This document shows positions 14,443 to 26,731 of a stretch of DNA of 64,000 bases, one piece after another (the stretch's first letter is position 1; each line of letters starts with the position of its first letter). Where the stretch lies: assembly GCA_051294375.1 (NCBI GenBank), contig CM119263.1, forward strand, positions 25,696,436-25,760,435, in the 5' to 3' direction. The position numbers and the translations under genes are program-made. Under the pieces are notes generated by a model, which saw only the letters and a program-made list of their open reading frames with translations, was not told the DNA's origin and did no database searches. This DNA is from Paraspadella gotoi (Eukaryota; Animalia; Chaetognatha).

Positions 14443-15234
14443 ATGGGCGCTGACGCCAGTCGCCCCTCGGCCTTCTCTCGGTTTCGTTCTCGCCCAAAAC
14501 GCGAGCTCCACGCGTCGATGCCGTGTTTGGCGCTCGCCGGCGTCGACCACGCCCTCGATCAAGAATTCGACGTCACGGATCCCTCGGCGTCGCGGGAAGT
14601 GACGTTAACGAGGCCCACGTTGACGCGGGAGGACGCCGGTAGACGTAGGGGTGGCGCCATTACGCGTCACGCAAGCGTGGCGCAGCTAGAAGACATTGGA
14701 CGAAGAGAGGTCGGCGGCGCGATGAAAGATTTTGACGTCGAAGCGCGACGCCGGACATCGAGCGTCGTTGATCGGTTCCGGACGGCGCCTTTTGAAGACG
14801 TATCACGCGACGACGGCGCCGGGCGTCGTTCCGATCGCGTCGCCGGATTCTTCGAGAGATTCGCGACGTCGAAGCCGACGAAAAACGGCGCCGGAAAACG
14901 AGAGCCGACGCGGAAATTGGAACCGGAAATCGCGGACGCCGAGAAAGAGGAATTCGTCACGAACGAAGAGAGAGTCTCGCACTTTTTGACGAATCCGCGA
15001 GCGAACGGCGTCACGGGTAACGGAATCCTCGCCACGCCCATCGGCGCCGCCGCCACCGTGGCTCAAGTTCACGACGTCCCGCCTCCTTCTTACACTCCGC
15101 CTCCTCCTCATCTTCCTCCCTCGCCTCCTCCTCCTCCGCACCAATCGGTTCGCGCCGCTCCTCCTCCCTCTTCCCCCTCTCCTCCTCCTCTTCCTCGGGG
15201 TCCGATGCCAGACGAGGCTTCCTCGCAGATGCCA
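14443..15234 (+). CDS. GC-rich Pro-rich coding exon, possibly a 5' exon of the transglutaminase gene
   Basis: 264 open codons from an ATG, exon-like GC content, poly-Pro tract, phase-1 donor CAG|GTGCGG at 15234/15235. No domain recognised. Confidence 0.5.
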
Positions 15235-15709
15235 GGTGCGGAAATTCATTAACATTAATGAAGAGACGAACTTTGGAGAATCTCGGGAAAAGGAGGGGGA
15301 GTGGGGGGGGAGTGGGCAGAGAGAGGGGAGGAGGGGGAAGAAGAGGTCAGGAGAGATAAGGGGAGAAAATGAGGGGTGGAGAGAAAAGAGTCAAGGATGA
15401 AAGCAAAATAGGAAATAGGAGTCGAGCAGTCGGAACGCTAAGTTTGAAAAAAAAGGGGGGGTAAGGAAAGAAAGAAATAAAAGAAATAAAAGGAAAAAGT
15501 AAGGATGAAAAAAAAAAGAAAGAAAGAAAGAAAGAAAAAAAGAAAGAAAGAAAGAAAGAAAGAAAGAACGAAAGAACGAAAGAACGAAAGAACGAAGGAA
15601 AGAAGTAAAGCGTAGAATGAGTACGCCAATTCCCACTAACTCACTTTTGCTTGCAAAAAACTGTTTTATTCTGTTTTCTCTCTGTTTCCTCGCTCTCCTC
15701 TCTCTCTCT

Positions 15710-15740
<31 letters not shown>

Positions 15741-16066
15741 CTCTCTCTCTTCTCTTCTCTCACTATTTTCTAATCCCAAAGTTAAGCCAGACCGACGAAA
15801 AATGCCGAAAGATTTACCCAAGTAGAGTCACTACCTTTCTTCCTCCCTTTCTCTCACTCATCTCTCTGCTCTCTCTCTCTCTCTCTCTCTCTCGCTCTTA
15901 TCTCTGTTTTTCTCTCCCTTTTTTTTAATTATTTCGGTTTTTGTCGGCTCTTCGCAGCCAAGTGTAACAATGCGGCATCAAGCCAAGTTGGGTCTTGAAC
16001 CTCGAGGGGGGAAACCTTTTCGGGTCTTGGGAATTTGATCCTCGCAGCGGCGGCGACTGGTCGCGT

Positions 16067-16067
<1 letters not shown>

Positions 16068-16153
<86 letters not shown>
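16068..16153 (+). repeat. (GA)n microsatellite
   Basis: Pure dinucleotide run. Confidence 0.95.
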
Positions 16154-16156
<3 letters not shown>

Positions 16157-18787
16157 AATTTCTCGTTTTAGTCATCGAGAGAATCGACGAAATCGCGGCG
16201 TCTCCGACGGGACTCGAACCCGAGTCGCGATTGCTCGAGAAAAGCGGCGAAATGGTAAAGAATTCTGAGGCTCGAAAATCTGGGGAGAGCGATCGCGAGG
16301 GGGCGACGACGACGACGACCATGGCGACGACTATGACGTCAACGGTCACGGAGGCGTTTTTCGACAGCGCCGCTGACCGCGCGGCCGCGTCCGAAGACCG
16401 TCGATCGGCCGAGGCGCGAGAAGCGAAGCGTCGCGAAAAAGAGCGCCGAAAGCGGGAAAGAAGTCAGAGACCAAAGGCGTCGGAAGAAGGCAATGGCGGC
16501 GCCGGCGTCGTAGGCAAAACAGCGTCGTTTTCATCCATTACGTCATCGGGGTCGAATTCCACTGCGCCGGAACCGGAACAACACCCCGAGGCGATCTTCA
16601 GCGCCGATGGGAGACGCGGAGAAAACGGAGGTAAACGTAACTAACGAGCCTCGTTATGGAAACATGTTTTAAACAAAAGGACATCGATGAATTAAAAAAA
16701 TATTTCTTAGTTCGAAGCGCCAAGAAAAAAAAAGAAAATAAACACGGGGAAAAGGGAAAACAATGTTTTGTTTAACTTAAGCTAAAACGCAAAAGTTGAT
16801 TCTAACTTGTTGGTTTAAGGAGGAAAATCCGGGAAGCCATTTCTTTGCACAAGGATTTTTTTTCCCTTTTTCTTTTGCCCCCTGCCTTAATAATTCTCCT
16901 TTCTTCTTTCATTTTTCGGAGAAATTGGTTTTCTTCGCGTTATTGGTAATATTGAATGGATCTAATGTCGTAATTATCTTCAATACATTTGTGCCCCACG
17001 ATTAGGTTACAGTGACAGTGCAGGAGTAAAAAGAAGCCAGACCTCTATTCCAAGCAATGCCTCTCAAGATTCTTCTACCAATTCCTCTGACGAAAAAGAA
17101 TTGAGGTTTTAGTTTTTTTTTATATATTTTTAAATTTTTTATCCACAAATTGGATTTTTTTTTCTCTCGATTTTATTGACTCAAGTGAAGGAATTTTTTC
17201 ATTCCACTTGGATGACAACATTGTGTCAATGAATGGAAAAAGTGAAATTTTGCCAATTCAAAGGGAATTTAGTTTTATTAAGTTTTTTCTTTCAAAATTT
17301 TCAAATGATAAGCATTAAGCAGTGGCTGAAAATTTTAGCTTGTAAATAAAATCATTTGTTGACGATGCCTAAAAAACATGATGTTAAAGAAAAACTAGAA
17401 AAACCACTTGAATTTTAGTATGTATATACTTTTTTTCAAATCGACAGAACAGAAAAAGAATTGAACCACAACAACAACTACTAAAATCGATTTCGTATCA
17501 TCTTTCCGCTTTGTCTTAGACTTAACAGCGATCAATTAAATCCTCAATTGGCAAGACGTAGTACGAAAAGAGAAAAGGTTCCAGCAAAATGCCACAGGCC
17601 GTGGGATACTGCGTGGGTTGAAAAGGCAAAAGGGGTAGCGAAAGCCTCGTCCCCTTTACTTAAGTTCAATTGCCCAGGAAATATCCGACAACATTGCCGG
17701 CTTTTCTCTATTTTTTGGCCAAACTACTTTTTTTTCAAGAGTAATTTTAAACTTTGAAAAAAAAATTTATAAAAACAAAAAAAAATCAAGACTAAAACGG
17801 ATCTATGATAAATTTTATTAAACTTTTATCGCTCACAAAGACATTTTTTCTTCTTTTTTAGTATTTTCAAATATTTTTCAAAAATTATCTTGCCATTTGT
17901 GTTAGGCTTACAAAATAGACGTCTACAGGTCAAAATTAAAAGTCTTATTTGTTCAACGAAAATACTTTGGCTCTCAGCTCATTTAAAATAGCTTTTTCAG
18001 TTTTAATCATAAAAAATGAAAATATTTTTTTAATTAAATTCTCAAAATAGTTTTTGAGAGCGAATATCCATTTATTTGTTGCTTAGGTAAGATTTATGCT
18101 TCAAGTTTTTAGTTCGGTAGAAATAAGCATAAGAAATAACACACGAAATTTAACACTACAGAAATATTAAATTCTACGTTTAAAACTATAATACGGTAGG
18201 ACGTAAATTATATTAATAGCTATTTTAATCAAATATATGATTGCAATAAAATTATAAAATTTACCTTGATCTGACAGAAAATGCTATATCGATATCCACT
18301 TCTCGAACATAACCAATTTTGAACCCACCAATTAACTTACCACCTAATCCCCTTCCAACCCTCACCTCACCTTTCTTCCGCAGCCGCTCCTCCGCGCCCG
18401 CCGCATCGCCCTCTCGCGTCGCCGCCGTTTCGCAGTTGCGAGCCTCCGCCGTTTCGACAGTCGCCGCCGCCGCCGCCGCAGAACCCGCAGCAGCCTCTTC
18501 GAGCCTCGAGGGGGTCGCATCCCGCCTTCTCCGCATCTGCGTCGTTCCCTTTTCCATCGTCGTCGCTGTCGTCGTCGTCGTCGTCGGACTTTCGCGCCGC
18601 GGAGGAAAACTCTTCGACTGCGCGGAATTTCTATCTGGTTTCCTCACCTACGTCTCCGCCGACTCCTCCGAGCCCGCTCTCCCAACTCTCTCGTCGACGG
18701 TTCGATCTATCGACCTCTTACTTTTTCCCGTCGTCGGCTTTTCCGCCCGGCGCCCTCTGCCCGACCTTCTTCCAGGGTCAGCCGATC

Positions 18788-20551
18788 ATGAGCATTCCGC
18801 GACCTCACACTCGCTCTTCAAACGACACCGCGGATCCAGCAACGTCGCCGACGAGCGGTTTCGGCGAAGTGCCCTACGGAAAGCGTCAATCCGCACCGTT
18901 TTCCGGCAACGCTTCCGAGCTGCAGCGGGAGCCGCGGAGCGGACCGTCGACGGCGAGCTTGTCCTCCTCCAACGCCTTCGGGATTTCTGCCGGGGAAGAA
19001 GTCGTCGCCCCGAGTTGGTCGTCACCGAATTCTCAGCCGGCGAATCCTCCGCCGAGCAGCCCGACCGACCCTTCCGCTCCAGGCGGCCCCATTGTGGCCA
19101 AGATGGCCGAGCTCAACGTCCACGCACCTCGCGGCGGAACCTGGCGCCGCAATCGTCGCGCCCCCAGTCGGCCCATGTGGTGGGGCGCCGACGGCGGCGG
19201 TGGTGGCGGTGACGCCTCCGCCAGCCAGGCAAACCAGATTATCCGCGTGCGTAGCCTCGACCTCAAGATCCTTCAGAACGCGCAGGCGCACCACACGGAC
19301 AAGTTTGAAAAATGCTACCCGCGCAACGACGAAGTCAACTGGCGCCGCTTGGAGCCTAATTTGGTAATCAGGCGTGGTCAGACCTTCGAGATGGAGATCA
19401 TCTTCGACAGGCCCTTCAACGAGGAGACGGACGACATCCAGCTCGTCTTCGAGATCGGCGACTTCCCGCAGATGAGCAAGGGAACCCTCGTAAAGATCGT
19501 CGTCTCCAAGGCCGACGTGCCCAAGACGTGGGCGGCGCAACTCCGCGGTAATACCGGCAATCAGGTTCAGCTTGCAGTCATGACCCCGCCTACTTGCATC
19601 ATCGGCAAGTGGGCGCTGCACGTGGAGACGATGCGAAAGACGTGGGGCGACTCGTTCCAGGTGCAGAGGTATCGTTACTCCAGTCCAGTCTACATCCTCT
19701 TCAACGCTTGGGCGCCGGATGATCAGGTGAGCAGTATAAACAACGTTACATTAATGTTATAAGTATTTTTTAGTAAATTGTTGACAGATATAGTTATAAG
19801 GATTAATAATGAAGTTAATCTAAAATTAGAATTAAATACCCAAAGTAAATAAATTTTCATAAGTTTCATTACTTTCGCGGAAGTACATTAGTTATTGTCT
19901 CATTAGAAAAATGTATGAAAAGCAAATAATTTTGAAAATTAGATCATCAGCAATGCTGACAGCATCATTCATCAACTAATTTATTCTTAATGAAACGACC
20001 AGGTCTTCATGGCGAGCGAAGAGGAAAAAGCCGAGTACGTCCTCAACGACGTCGGTAAGATGTTCACCGGCAACTACAAGCAGATTGGCGCCAAGCCCTG
20101 GAACTTCGGCATGCACGAGGACCCGACGCTGGACTGCACACTCTACCTGCTAGACCGCGGAGAGCTGAGCTACGCAGTCCGCGGCAGCGCCGCGTTCGTA
20201 GCCAGGAAGCTGTCGGCGATGGTCAACTCGCAGGACGACGAAGGCCTCATCATTGGCAACTGGTCCAACGACTACTCCGACGGGACGGCGCCGGGCGCTT
20301 GGACTGGCAGTCACGCCATCATGGACGAGTTTTGGAGGACGAGAATGCCTGTAAAATACGGGCAGTGCTGGGTCTACGCAGGTACGTTCGACTGTTTGGT
20401 ACTAAAAGCTCACAAAATAGAATTTGTGTGAGAAATAAAAGAGATATATTCCGTTTCTGTTCATCCTTTTTTATATCTTTTCACCAAACATTCGAATTCC
20501 AGGTGCAATTCAGAAATTCCCTCTTTTGTTTATTCTTATTTTCCTTCTTAT

Positions 20552-20588
<37 letters not shown>

Positions 20589-23346
20589 TTCCCTCCAGGA
20601 GTTCTAAACACAGTCTGCCGCACAGTGGGCATCCCCACGCGATGCACGAGCAATTACGCCTCGGCCCACGACACTGACGCGACCATCACCATAGACATCC
20701 ATTGGGGAGAAGACGATCGACCCATCGATTATTTGAACAGGGACTCAATCTGGAACTTTCATGTCTGGAACGAGGTAAGAAGAGAATTTCTTTTATTTTT
20801 TTAAATAAACGGAATCCGATCTGCAAGTGCAAAGATTTAAATTTTAAGATTTGTTCTCGACATGAGACTTGGCTTTAATTTTCGGTGCTCTTCTTCATTT
20901 TCACTCCACAATTAATCATTATCACTTCCTTTGAAAAATATTTGAATTATCCTTGTAAATCATTTGTATTTTACTTTTGTTTATCAAATATAGCCTTGAG
21001 AAATCATGTTAAAAATTTTGTGACTATCACGAAATATCTGGTCCATAAGATATAATAAAAAAATCTTAAAAGTATAGTGATCTCGCCAGACTTTACTATT
21101 AAAGAAAATTAATGAAAAAATCCATAAAAAAACTAATGATTGATGCAAATACGAATTATTAATATAATAGTAATTAATTGATATAATAATAATTGATTGA
21201 TTAATAGTAATTGATTGATGTAATAATAATTAATAGATATAATAGTAATAGATTGATGTAATCGTAATAGATTGATGTAATCGTAATAGATTAATATAAT
21301 CGTAATAAATGTAATAATAATTGATTGATGAATAGTAATTGATTGATATTGATTAATTGATAGATTAATATTAATAATTAATTAATATAGTAATTAATTG
21401 ATTGCTGTAATATTAATTGATTGATGTAATAGTAATTGATTAATGTAATAATAATCAATTAATATAATGTTTTTATATAAAAATTGTTTTATAAATAAAA
21501 TATAAACAAATGCGTGTAGCAATACAAAACAACAATTTAAAAAACCTCAATAATGAGAAGCTATATCTAAATTTTTAACTTCCTATGATATCACACTTTT
21601 ATAAGAATTAATTTATAATAGTTTTTATATAAAAAATAAATATATTTGTTTTGTAAATAAAACATAAATAAATATGTGTAGAAATATAAAATGTGTGAAT
21701 CTAAAAAATCTTGCAGATTAAAAGCTATATCTAAATTTTTAGCTTCCTATGGTTATACAATTTTACAATTTCCAATTATAAAAAACGTAACGATGACGGT
21801 CACAAAGAAGCGGAAGCGAACCAACATCTCGCCCAAGACGGACCTTAGCCCGTCTGGCGAGATAAAAATGAAGCTAAAACCAGTTATATCTCTCTCATCC
21901 TCCCGCTATCTCAGGGTTGGATGAAAAGGCCCGACCTCCCCGCCGAGTACAGCGGCTGGCAGGTGATCGACTCCACCCCACAAGAAACTTCGGAAGGCAT
22001 CTACTGCGTCGGCCCGACCTCCTGCCAGGCCATCAAGACGGGTCAGATCCAGCTGGCTTACGATGGGCCCTTCGTCTTCGCCGAGGTCAACTCGGACAAG
22101 TGGCACTGGCGGTGACCGCTACGGCAACTACAGCAAGATGATGATCGAAAAAGACCAGGTCGGCATGATGATGTGCACCAAGCAGCTTGGCGGCTTGGCG
22201 GGCCCGCTCTCGTTCCCACCGGACGGCGACCAGGACCTGGTCAACATCTCCGCCAGTACAAGTTTATGGAGGGAACGAACGACGAGCGGCGCTCCGTCTT
22301 CGCCGCCGTCGAACGCGGCGCCCGCCCGTACGCCTACGTCAACGAGGCCGAGTACGCGGCCCATCGCATGGGCCGGATGGCGTTGGCGCCAAAAGCAGAG
22401 GATGTCGTTTTCAAGATCGAGACGAAGGACTTCATACTCGTCGGCCAGGACTTTCAGGTGGCGCTGAAGGTGCAGAACGCTTCCGGACACAAGAGGAAGG
22501 TCGAGTGCACGCTCTTTATTCAGGTGACAGAAATTTTTATTTTATTTTTTTGACATATATTTCAACATTTATTTTCTATATAAACGTAAATAAAATTTTT
22601 AAAATGCCCTAAAATTATCCAAGAATGATGCCTTATGAAAAATGTACCGAATATGCGCCTTTTTTGTTGTTTTCTTGTCGTACAATAAGCACAGGCATGA
22701 TCTTTTCTTTAAAAATCCAATTAAAAAATGAGGAAAAAAATTGTATGCAGTCGTGCTTCTACACTGGAGTTCCTGTGGATATGGTCAAAAAAGAAAAGTA
22801 CAGTCTGGAGCTCCCCCCTGAAGCCAGCTCGGAATGCGTCCTACACGTCTCTACTCAGGAATACTTGGACCTCCTCGTGGACCAGTATTCCATGAGGATC
22901 TATGCTCTGGCCAGAGTGGAGGAGACCAAGCAGATCTACGCCAAGCAGGACGATTTTAGGTTGCGGAGACCCGATCTTAGGATGGAGGCGAAGGTGAGTA
23001 AGCAGGAGAAAAATATTTTTAAAAAGTAAATAAGCAAAAAAAACAATCATAACAGGGCGAAACGAAAGTGGGCGTGCCCTTCGACGTGACTATCGCCTTC
23101 GTGAACCCGCTCCCGAGGACGCTCCGCCGCGCCGAGTTCCGCGTAGACGGCTCTGGCCTGACGAAGCCCAAAATCGTGGCCCACGGTGACGTCGGCGCCG
23201 GGCGCGAGGCCCGAGTAACCGTAAAGATTACCCCGCAGCGCAGCGGCGACCGAACCCTCATCGCTTCCTTCTCCTCCTCCATCCTGGAAGACGTCACGGG
23301 ATACTTGAGATTGAGAGTGGCGCCGCCCTCCACCGAGAGACTTTGA
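18788..23346 (+). CDS. Protein-glutamine gamma-glutamyltransferase (transglutaminase)
   Basis: Exons 18788 (frame open from 18384)-19726, 20003-20381, 20599-20774, 21915-22523, 22751-22993, 23056-23346. Catalytic triad motifs [14 protein letters not shown] and [12 protein letters not shown]; N-domain LVIRRGQTF. Two 1-nt frameshifts near 22110 and 22250. Confidence 0.92.
21130..21470. repeat. About 19-bp AT-rich minisatellite in a transglutaminase intron
   Basis: Tandem variants of TAATAGTAATTGATTGATG. Confidence 0.85.
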
Positions 23347-23769
23347 CGGGATGTGACGTAAGAGGTCTCCAAAAAAGAATTCGCGAGTGGGTTTTTATTT
23401 TTTCTCTTTTTGAATGTGTAAATATAAAGAGAAGAGTGGGCTCTTTATTAGTCACGCTTGTCGAAGGGATCAAGAAGTGGATGAGGGGAAATTAGGAAAA
23501 GTTTCGTGAAAACTAAACTTTTTTTTTCTTTGCTTTGATTTTTGTACGCAACTGCTGAAAAAGAAATTTTCATTCTTCTTTCACTTTAGGTTCGCTGAAG
23601 AAATAAAAAATAGCAAAATATCTAACTACGAAGCGCTTCGTAATAATTTTTGGAAATCAGTTAGTTCTATGTAGCTGAGATCATCATCTTCTCCAGTAAA
23701 ATATTATTTAGAAGCAAAACGAAAAGTTTAATAGGCTTCAACAACGAATAGCTTTTTTTAAATATATAA

Positions 23770-23816
23770 AAACGGACATGTTTTGACTCTTGTTTTGGGA
23801 GTCTTCATCAGCGATT
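23770..23816 (-). ncRNA. Type I hammerhead ribozyme motif (one core substitution)
   Basis: Minus strand: CG CTGATGAA GACTC ccaaaacaa GAGTC AAAA CATGTC CG. The GAAA core reads AAAA. Confidence 0.6.
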
Positions 23817-23894
23817 GTGAATTCAGAGTTTCTTTATTTTTTTCACTTACTTACACTTACCTTATCTAATATATATCCCTCGCTTTTTCTTTCT

Positions 23895-23946
<52 letters not shown>

Positions 23947-24003
23947 TCAACTTAACCGGTCCTGATATCTGACCACTATCCTTCCCTACATTCTTTGTCG
24001 GTA

Positions 24004-24040
<37 letters not shown>

Positions 24041-24303
24041 TATATATATATCTCTTTTTCTCTCTCTCACTCAACATTGTTTTGTTAATTCAGAGTTTGC
24101 TTTTTCTACAAGAGTCCAATCTTATCCGTTTTTATGTAAATATTAAAAACAAACTATTAAACTTTTCGTTTTTCTACTTAATGCAAAACACAACGAAGAG
24201 AGAGAAATAAGACGATAGTTAATATATTAATTAATTTTTAAATTACGGAATAATATTCCGTGGAATATTTAATTTTAAGAGAATCCATTATCGTCTGGAT
24301 GGT

Positions 24304-25369
24304 TCACTGCATCGGCGAACATTTTGTTGAGCGTAGCAAATATCTCGCTTCCTCCGTTTCTAAGGGAGCAACAGCGCGGGAAGCCGAAACAAAGGCAGAA
24401 CTTTTCGACAGGAATTGTAATCCTTCGTTCCGGGAGTCAAGATCCTAACATACGATTAGAATTTAACTAATGACGAAATTTGTTGTCGGACAGAAAACGG
24501 CTAAGAAACTCACCTTGTACTGCCACAATTGATAAGCTCTGTTGAGTTTTCCGAAGAGGGGAAAGAAAATCCCTAGGGCTCTTCCCGAGTATTCCTTCAA
24601 GACGTTTTCTTTGACACGAGACGCTGTCGAGAAAGGGCGCGCCCATTGAGAATCCGGTTTCATTCGGGTCACCTGCAGCTCGTAGGTCCCGTTGGAGCTG
24701 GGAAACTCTAGCTCCCAATCGTCGAGTAGCTTTAGTAGAACGCTATCTTCCCCTTGTACCATGGCTCCGAGACGATTAGAGCGCCAATTGGCAGAATTCT
24801 TAAAGGCGTGACCCCGAGAGGCGGCGCGACGAGCTTCGAAGCGTTCCCGAAGACCTGCTCGACCAGGTAAAAATCAATTCACTTTAAAAAGTTAAAAAGA
24901 AAACAGAGAAGGAAAACTCATGAATTCAAGCTACTTCAAGTCAAGTTCACCTCTGATCTGCCAGATGGTCCAGACCTCATTCAACTGGCCCCCGCCATCG
25001 ACGATCCACGCCCCCACGAGGGTCATTCCGTGATCGTAGATCTTGGGAATTTTCCGCCTCGCCTTCTCCGCCTTGGCGCTGTGTCCATCCGGTCGACGAC
25101 ACCCTTGGTCGATCACACCGAGAAACTCTTTGAAGAGGGCGGGCTTGACAACGAAGCGACGAAGCTCGTACAAACGGTCGCGAGAAATGCGTCCCACGTC
25201 GAACGGCGGCGCGAGGCGCTTGCGCGACATCTTTGCCTGAGAAATTGACTCTCCATATGAGAACAGGGAGTGTCGTGAGGCAGTGTCAATTTTTTTTACG
25301 AACCTCGTCTTCGTCTTCGCTTGATTCCATCCCGCAATTAGCCGGGGGCTTAGAATCGCAGGCTTTCAT
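24304..25369 (-). CDS. NIPSNAP-family protein (two NIPSNAP domains)
   Basis: Exons 25369-25304, 25236-24951, 24854-24514, 24444-24304 join in frame. Motifs LYELRRFVVKP, LVGAWIVDGGGQLNEVWTIW, TYELQ, FGKLNRAYQLWQY and terminal SPMQ*. Confidence 0.8.
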
Positions 25370-25639
25370 TTTAGGATTCCAAAAAAGATTTCCTCGGCAG
25401 GTCATTCGACGACCGAGGCTGCCTGATCGAGGGAGTTTAGATCATGAGGCTCTTTGAGAGTATCAACTAGTAGTGAGTAAATAGTAAGACATACCTTTGT
25501 AATCGCATTGGAGGTAATCTTTACAATTGTTTTCAAATGCGAAAAAACCGTACTTTGGGCATGTGAATTCGGGCGTTTGCGTTGTCTAGAAATGTTTTTT
25601 TACATTTTTTATTAAATTCTGGTCTTCCCGGTCGGTTAT

Positions 25640-26156
25640 TTTTAGTCGGATCTGCTTATCAGCAGATTCCAACCCGATAATCCGCTTTGTCGGTCCGTCG
25701 GTCCTACCCCTAAATCCTGTCGGTAAATCATTATTATTTTATCACAACATCAAATTATGATGAAGAGACAGTAATAATTGTTATGTGTTAGTGACAGAAC
25801 CGTTCAATATAAGCAGTTCCTGAGCTTCGGATCAGGCTGTAAAACCGTGTTACAGGCGGGTTAAGCGCCCCATCCCTCTTAACTGCTAGGCGACCACCGG
25901 GCTAGAACCCCGGCTCTTTGGGTTGGGAGGCTAATGACTTGCCTCCGGCACTCATGGCCACTGATGAATGGTTGGTGGATTTTAGTCCACCATAATGATA
26001 AATTATGCAAAAAAAAAAAAAAAAAAAAGATGTTCGTCCATCCGTCTGAAGGTCCGTCCCACCTTTTCTTTAAACTCCAATTATTCGTGATTGGATGGAT
26101 GAATTGGAATAAAATTGTGTGGGTAAGAATCTGCTGATAAGCAGATCCGACTAAAA
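25640..26156. mobile_element. 517-bp non-autonomous element with 30-bp perfect terminal inverted repeats
   Basis: TTTTAGTCGGATCTGCTTATCAGCAGATTC at 25640 and its exact reverse complement at 26127-26156. No clear TSD. Confidence 0.75.
25855..25994 (-). repeat. tRNA-derived SINE-like repeat, copy 1
   Basis: Reverse complement of 61402-61539; tRNA-like core at 25889-25961. Confidence 0.7.
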
Positions 26157-26697
26157 TCCTCTGGCTTTTTTGTCAGAGTTTAGAATAGTGCTGAAAATAA
26201 AGATGAAGGATAATGATTCTTTGAATTATGCCCGCATAGTTTTTCTGTCTGCAATCCCCTTGATTACGCATCCGTTCCAGAACTTTCGACTTTCTGATAC
26301 TGTGATAGCAACAATACTGACAGAAATGATTGCATTCTCAACGTGCGCGGTCATAAAAACATATGTCGCCTTCTCTGGACCTTTGGAGGAGGAAATGGTG
26401 GCCAACAATGAATTTGGGTAACTGCTATTCGACGACCGCAACCAACCTTAGGTACCAGCAGTAGGTGGTGAGTTAATCCATTTTTGTTTTCCCTCTAACG
26501 TCGAGCGCAATAGTCCAGCGCAATTTTATAATTAATAATATATATAATATATATAATTAAAAATTAATAAATTTTACTTTCGCCGACCGCGGTTATTGTG
26601 GCTTTTTAACAATGTAAGCCTTCATCAGCGCAAAAACGAATTGATTTGTGAAACAAATATTTTCACAAACTTTCTCTCTCTCTCTCTTGCACTGAAT

Positions 26698-26731
26698 CTG
26701 ATGGAGGTTTACATTAAAGCCGAAACATATC
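26698..26731 (+). ncRNA. Degenerate hammerhead ribozyme motif
   Basis: CTGATGGA GGTTT acatta AAGCC GAAA CATATC; stem I is weak. Confidence 0.45.

Noticed and set aside
13537-16349. ORFs made of ER/LS/SL repeats
   Set aside because: Translations of (GA)n/(CT)n microsatellites.
21130-21470. CRISPR-like periodic repeat
   Set aside because: Contiguous degenerate minisatellite with no unique spacers, in a eukaryotic intron.
22113-22115. In-frame TGA in transglutaminase as selenocysteine or readthrough
   Set aside because: Homology continues in a different frame, so it is an indel rather than readthrough.
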